This document shows positions 59,724 through 64,000 of a stretch of 64,000 nucleotides of DNA, piece after piece. Every line of letters starts with the position of its first letter. Positions within the stretch are counted from its first letter, which is position 1. Origin of the DNA: the human T2T-CHM13v2.0 reference genome, Homo sapiens. The stretch lies in NCBI RefSeq assembly GCF_009914755.1, contig NC_060926.1; one strand, given 5' to 3'. Made by a program: the position numbers and the translations under genes. The notes beneath the pieces were generated by a model. It did not search any database. It was not told where the DNA came from and saw only the letters and a list, made by a program, of their open reading frames with translations.

Positions 59724-60389
59724 GTAAATCAATGTTATTTTGTTACAATTTTTAAAATGTGACATTTTGGGTAAGAATCAAATTTGTCTGGTTAAACTAC
59801 AAAAGCTCTTGCCATTATTCGGAATTTCAGTCTTTTGGGTCAACGGCAACTGAGAATGATTGCCTCTGAGGAGGAGTTTCTGGAGTTTTGGAGAGCTAAA
59901 ATTGGAATTTTATAGCTTGTTACAAACCACTCTTATCAACACACATAAATCTAGTTCTTTGGAATCAGCAGCATCCAGTTAAGGTGGGAATTCTGAGTGG
60001 GACAAGCCTAGCTAAAATACTGAATATAAGAACTTCTTCCTTCAAAGAAAAACACCTACACACTATTTCTCTAATGCACAGGCACTTCTTCCCACTCACA
60101 CTTAGCTATTCCTTTCTCTACTAAATCACATAGATGGTGACAAAAAACGAGGAGAAAACTTAAAACGTAATTTTGTCCTTTTCAATGAATGCTTTCCTCT
60201 ATCTTTCCCATTTAATTAAGTTTATAAACAATTGAATCAAATATATTTGACAAATGCAATATGCATGTATACTAAGCATTTAGGAATGTGTTGCTACTTG
60301 TACATATATGATCAAGTATACATTACTGTTGTTTAAGAAGTTGCTAGACACTTTATGTGGACAGTTTATATGGTTCTTCTAATAATCTT

Positions 60390-60695
<306 letters not shown>

Positions 60696-61037
60696 TCTTC
60701 TAATAATCTTATAAAGCTTTTGAAAAAATATAATAAAACTACAAAAAGAAACATCTTAATCACAGAATACCTTCAGATGAATGTTGTTCCCCAGGGATGC
60801 CTTTTTTCTCCAGTCGTTTTCCAGTATTTCGTCCTCATTTTGCATGAACAAAAAGCTTCCCAAATCTCAATGGAAGCCACTGTTTAGTGCTCAGAGGGAC
60901 CTTCCCATTAGTGCTTCTCTATCACTTGCCTTGGTCTAACTTAGATTTTTACTTTCAAGCAGCAAAGATACTGCAAGATCTTATTGCCCAGCAGTGAGTC
61001 ATTAGTTTTATTCTGGTTTCTATCCTCATACCCTAAA

Positions 61038-61039
<2 letters not shown>

Positions 61040-61081
<42 letters not shown>
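61040..61081. repeat. (CA)~21 microsatellite
   Basis: Direct reading. Confidence 0.95.
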
Positions 61082-61084
<3 letters not shown>

Positions 61085-61580
61085 ATTTTATAAAGATGAA
61101 AATCTATTACACCTTTGGATTATCTCTTGTATTTTCTTAATGGCACATAAAGTGAAAAAAAAAATGAATTGAAATAGATTGAATACATCATTAAGACTAT
61201 TTGAAACAAGGTCACTTAGGGGAAAATGGGTACTGGAAATAGTTAGAAAGGTCCTCCTTGATGGTAGGAGAGAAATGATCATCTCTATTCAATGATTCTC
61301 AGTGAAGTGCAGGACCCTCATCATAGGAAATAATTGTGAACCACCATCTGAAGTGGCCACATTTTTCTACCCCAAGTAGTAATTAACATTCTACTGTCTT
61401 ATCTAAAACATCCTAATGGGCAATTCACAGACTCTGCTGCACGCTGTTTCAAAGCCATAAGCAAATATAGAACATATTTACTGAGCATATGCCCATCTTG
61501 TGTTCTGTTGGAAGCAGAAGATATAATCACTGGCCCTGAAAGGTTTTGGAAAATGAAGAAGAGTAAAAAAATCCAGACAA

Positions 61581-61946
<366 letters not shown>

Positions 61947-62363
61947 CTAGAAGCTGAGGCTTCTTGCCCTAATGCTGGCATAGGCTCTCTTTGTGGGGAT
62001 TCCGTCTAAGCCTGGGAAAGACTCTCAACCCCATTTGATTTGCATTTAGTTTTGGGCAAAGGCAACTGACCTCTCAGGCTGGACTCTATTTACTCCCTAG
62101 GCACAATTGCTCATTAGGTCCTCAATTGCATACAGAACCAAGCTGAGCAAATCTAAGAGAATTTTCGGAACCTCAGGAAGGCAAGTGCAGACCAATGGCC
62201 TCTTTCCAGATCCTAGACACACCCCATGGGCCTGAGCTCAACTCTGAAATTCAACACAGAAACTGGGGTGGGGGAGGGGAGGGCTGACAAATCAAGTGCC
62301 ACCCTGGAAACTGAATCAACATCAGACACACTAATCATCTGCGACACCCTTGGAATTTTTCAG

Positions 62364-62489
62364 ACTGTGGAGCCAATTGTCACAAACAGTGCAAAGACCT
62401 CCTGGTTCTGGCCTGCAGGAGATTTGCCCGGGCGCCCTCCTTGAGCAGTGGTCATGGGTCACTGCCTGGAAGCCCCTCGCTGCCCCCAG
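62364..62489 (+). CDS. RASGRP3: Coding exon 14 (DCGANCHKQCKDLLVLAC...SLPP), C1 end
   Basis: ttttcag| ... CAG|gtaatg; 126 nt. Confidence 0.97.
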
Positions 62490-62824
62490 GTAATGCCCTC
62501 TGCTTTCTTTGCTGCCATGGTCTCTTTCTGCTTGCCTCCTCACACTTGGACCTCATTTAGGTTCTGGGTCTAAACCCGGTCAGTCACTCTAAACGCTAAG
62601 GCCTTCTTTAGGGTGAGCAGCAGTAGCTAAACCCTTGAATCATCCTTGCTTCTCTCTGCTTTCTAGTCTCAGGAATATGTAACTTGCCTGCGGCTAATTG
62701 AGTTCTGTCCCTTGTCGGTTCCTCTAGAATGTTGCATGCCAGACTCGTGCTGTTTGCACTAACCTTGATGCTTTGCTGTCAAGCAGTCAGATGTCAAATA
62801 ATCACCACCCTTTTTCACTTCCAG

Positions 62825-63183
62825 CGCAGGATGAGGTGTTTGAGTTCCCTGGAGTCACTGCTGGACACAGGGATTTAGACAGCAGAGCCATCACACTGGT
62901 TACAGGCTCTTCTCGCAAGATCTCTGTGAGGCTACAGAGGGCCACCACCAGCCAGGCCACCCAGACTGAACCTGTCTGGTCAGAGGCTGGCTGGGGGGAC
63001 TCGGGGTCCCACACCTTCCCTAAAATGAAATCCAAGTTCCATGACAAAGCAGCAAAGGACAAAGGCTTTGCCAAATGGGAAAATGAGAAGCCCAGGGTGC
63101 ATGCTGGTGTGGATGTTGTAGACCGGGGCACGGAGTTTGAACTTGACCAGGATGAAGGAGAAGAGACCAGACAGGATGGTGAG
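62825..63183 (+). CDS. RASGRP3: Coding exon 15 (AQDEVFEF...RQDGE), C-terminal tail incl. LC8/DYNLL-type TQT motif (QATQTE 62953-62970); stop codon lies in an exon outside the window
   Basis: ttccag| ... GAG|gtaagt; cumulative CDS 2064 nt. Confidence 0.96.
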
Positions 63184-64000
63184 GTAAGTGCTAGGTCAAC
63201 CCACAAAGAAAACCAGAAGAAGGAGGCTGAAAGTGCTGAGATGAGCATTACAGAGGGTCTGGGGGGCAGCCTGGTAGTTCTGAAAGCAGAATGGTTGGGA
63301 ATGAAGACATGTATCACTTTTAGTCTTGCCACTGCCTAGCTATGTGACCCTGGACATATGTTTCTTCTTTATGGATCTCAGTATCATGATTTAAAAAAAT
63401 TGAACGAGATCAAGTTCTGAAACCTATTGAAGGCTGTCATGTGTGCGTACTGAAATGATGCCCCAGAAACCCATGACTATATATCCAAAATACCAGTACA
63501 CGATACAGATCAGCTTGGTTTTCCAAGCTAGAACCAGGGCCCAGACTCAAGAAAGGCAGTAGAAGCAAAAGACTTTTAGATAAAGAAGAATTGGAAACTT
63601 TTCATTCTGCTCAAAAGAAGCTTTTGACAGCATCATGGAAAAGGGGGTGGTGAGAATCAGAGATACGAGGCCCTTGAGGATCTCTAAACCAGGCTCTGCC
63701 TCCGCATGAGCAAAATCATGCAAAGCAAAGTAGGATGCAGATGGAATTTGTTAGAGTATGCTGACACAGAAATTGATTCAAGATGGAGTTAGATAAATTT
63801 ATTAGTTAACAGTCTATAGTGTATTAAGAGAAAGGATTTGAGAAAATTGGCATGATATTCCTAACATTTAAAGCAATGTCATGGAGGACAGCCATTGCCA
63901 CCCTGTCGAATTGTTCTCATAAACAGAATATTGGGTTAGGCAGAGATCCTACTGGATCAAGCCAGTGCTCTTTAGTCTTATGGGTGGTCCTCCACATTCC

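Noticed and set aside
62802-63332. 176-aa antisense ORF
   Set aside because: Shadow of exon 15; no recognisable domain or promoter evidence

Overview
Primate (almost certainly human: it carries an intact AluYb8) genomic DNA covering most of RASGRP3 (RAS guanyl-releasing protein 3) on the + strand. I reconstructed one non-coding 5'UTR exon (15887-16019) and 15 coding exons (ATG 19315 to 63183). They splice into an uninterrupted 2064-nt frame (688 codons: REM, CDC25/RasGEF, EF-hands, C1 domain, C-terminal tail). The promoter/first exon and the last exon lie outside the window. All visible introns are GT-AG except 20823-24132, an AT-AC U12-type (minor spliceosome) intron. The rest is intronic and repeat-rich: 38 Alu/FLAM/FRAM copies, L1, L2, MIR, Tigger3b, MER53, MER5A, MER52, an MLT2 stub and a 7SL fragment. 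I found no evidence of a wholly new multi-gene system. The best leads are post-transcriptional: the minor intron with a stop codon and poly(A) signal just inside its 5' end; a 5'UTR with 9 upstream AUGs; a NAGNAG acceptor whose branch region was hit by an Alu; a 181-bp fold-back palindrome; and a head-to-head Alu pair sharing a rare variant. Repeat names and boundaries were called by eye from remembered consensus sequences and are approximate; exon coordinates were checked by phase continuity.
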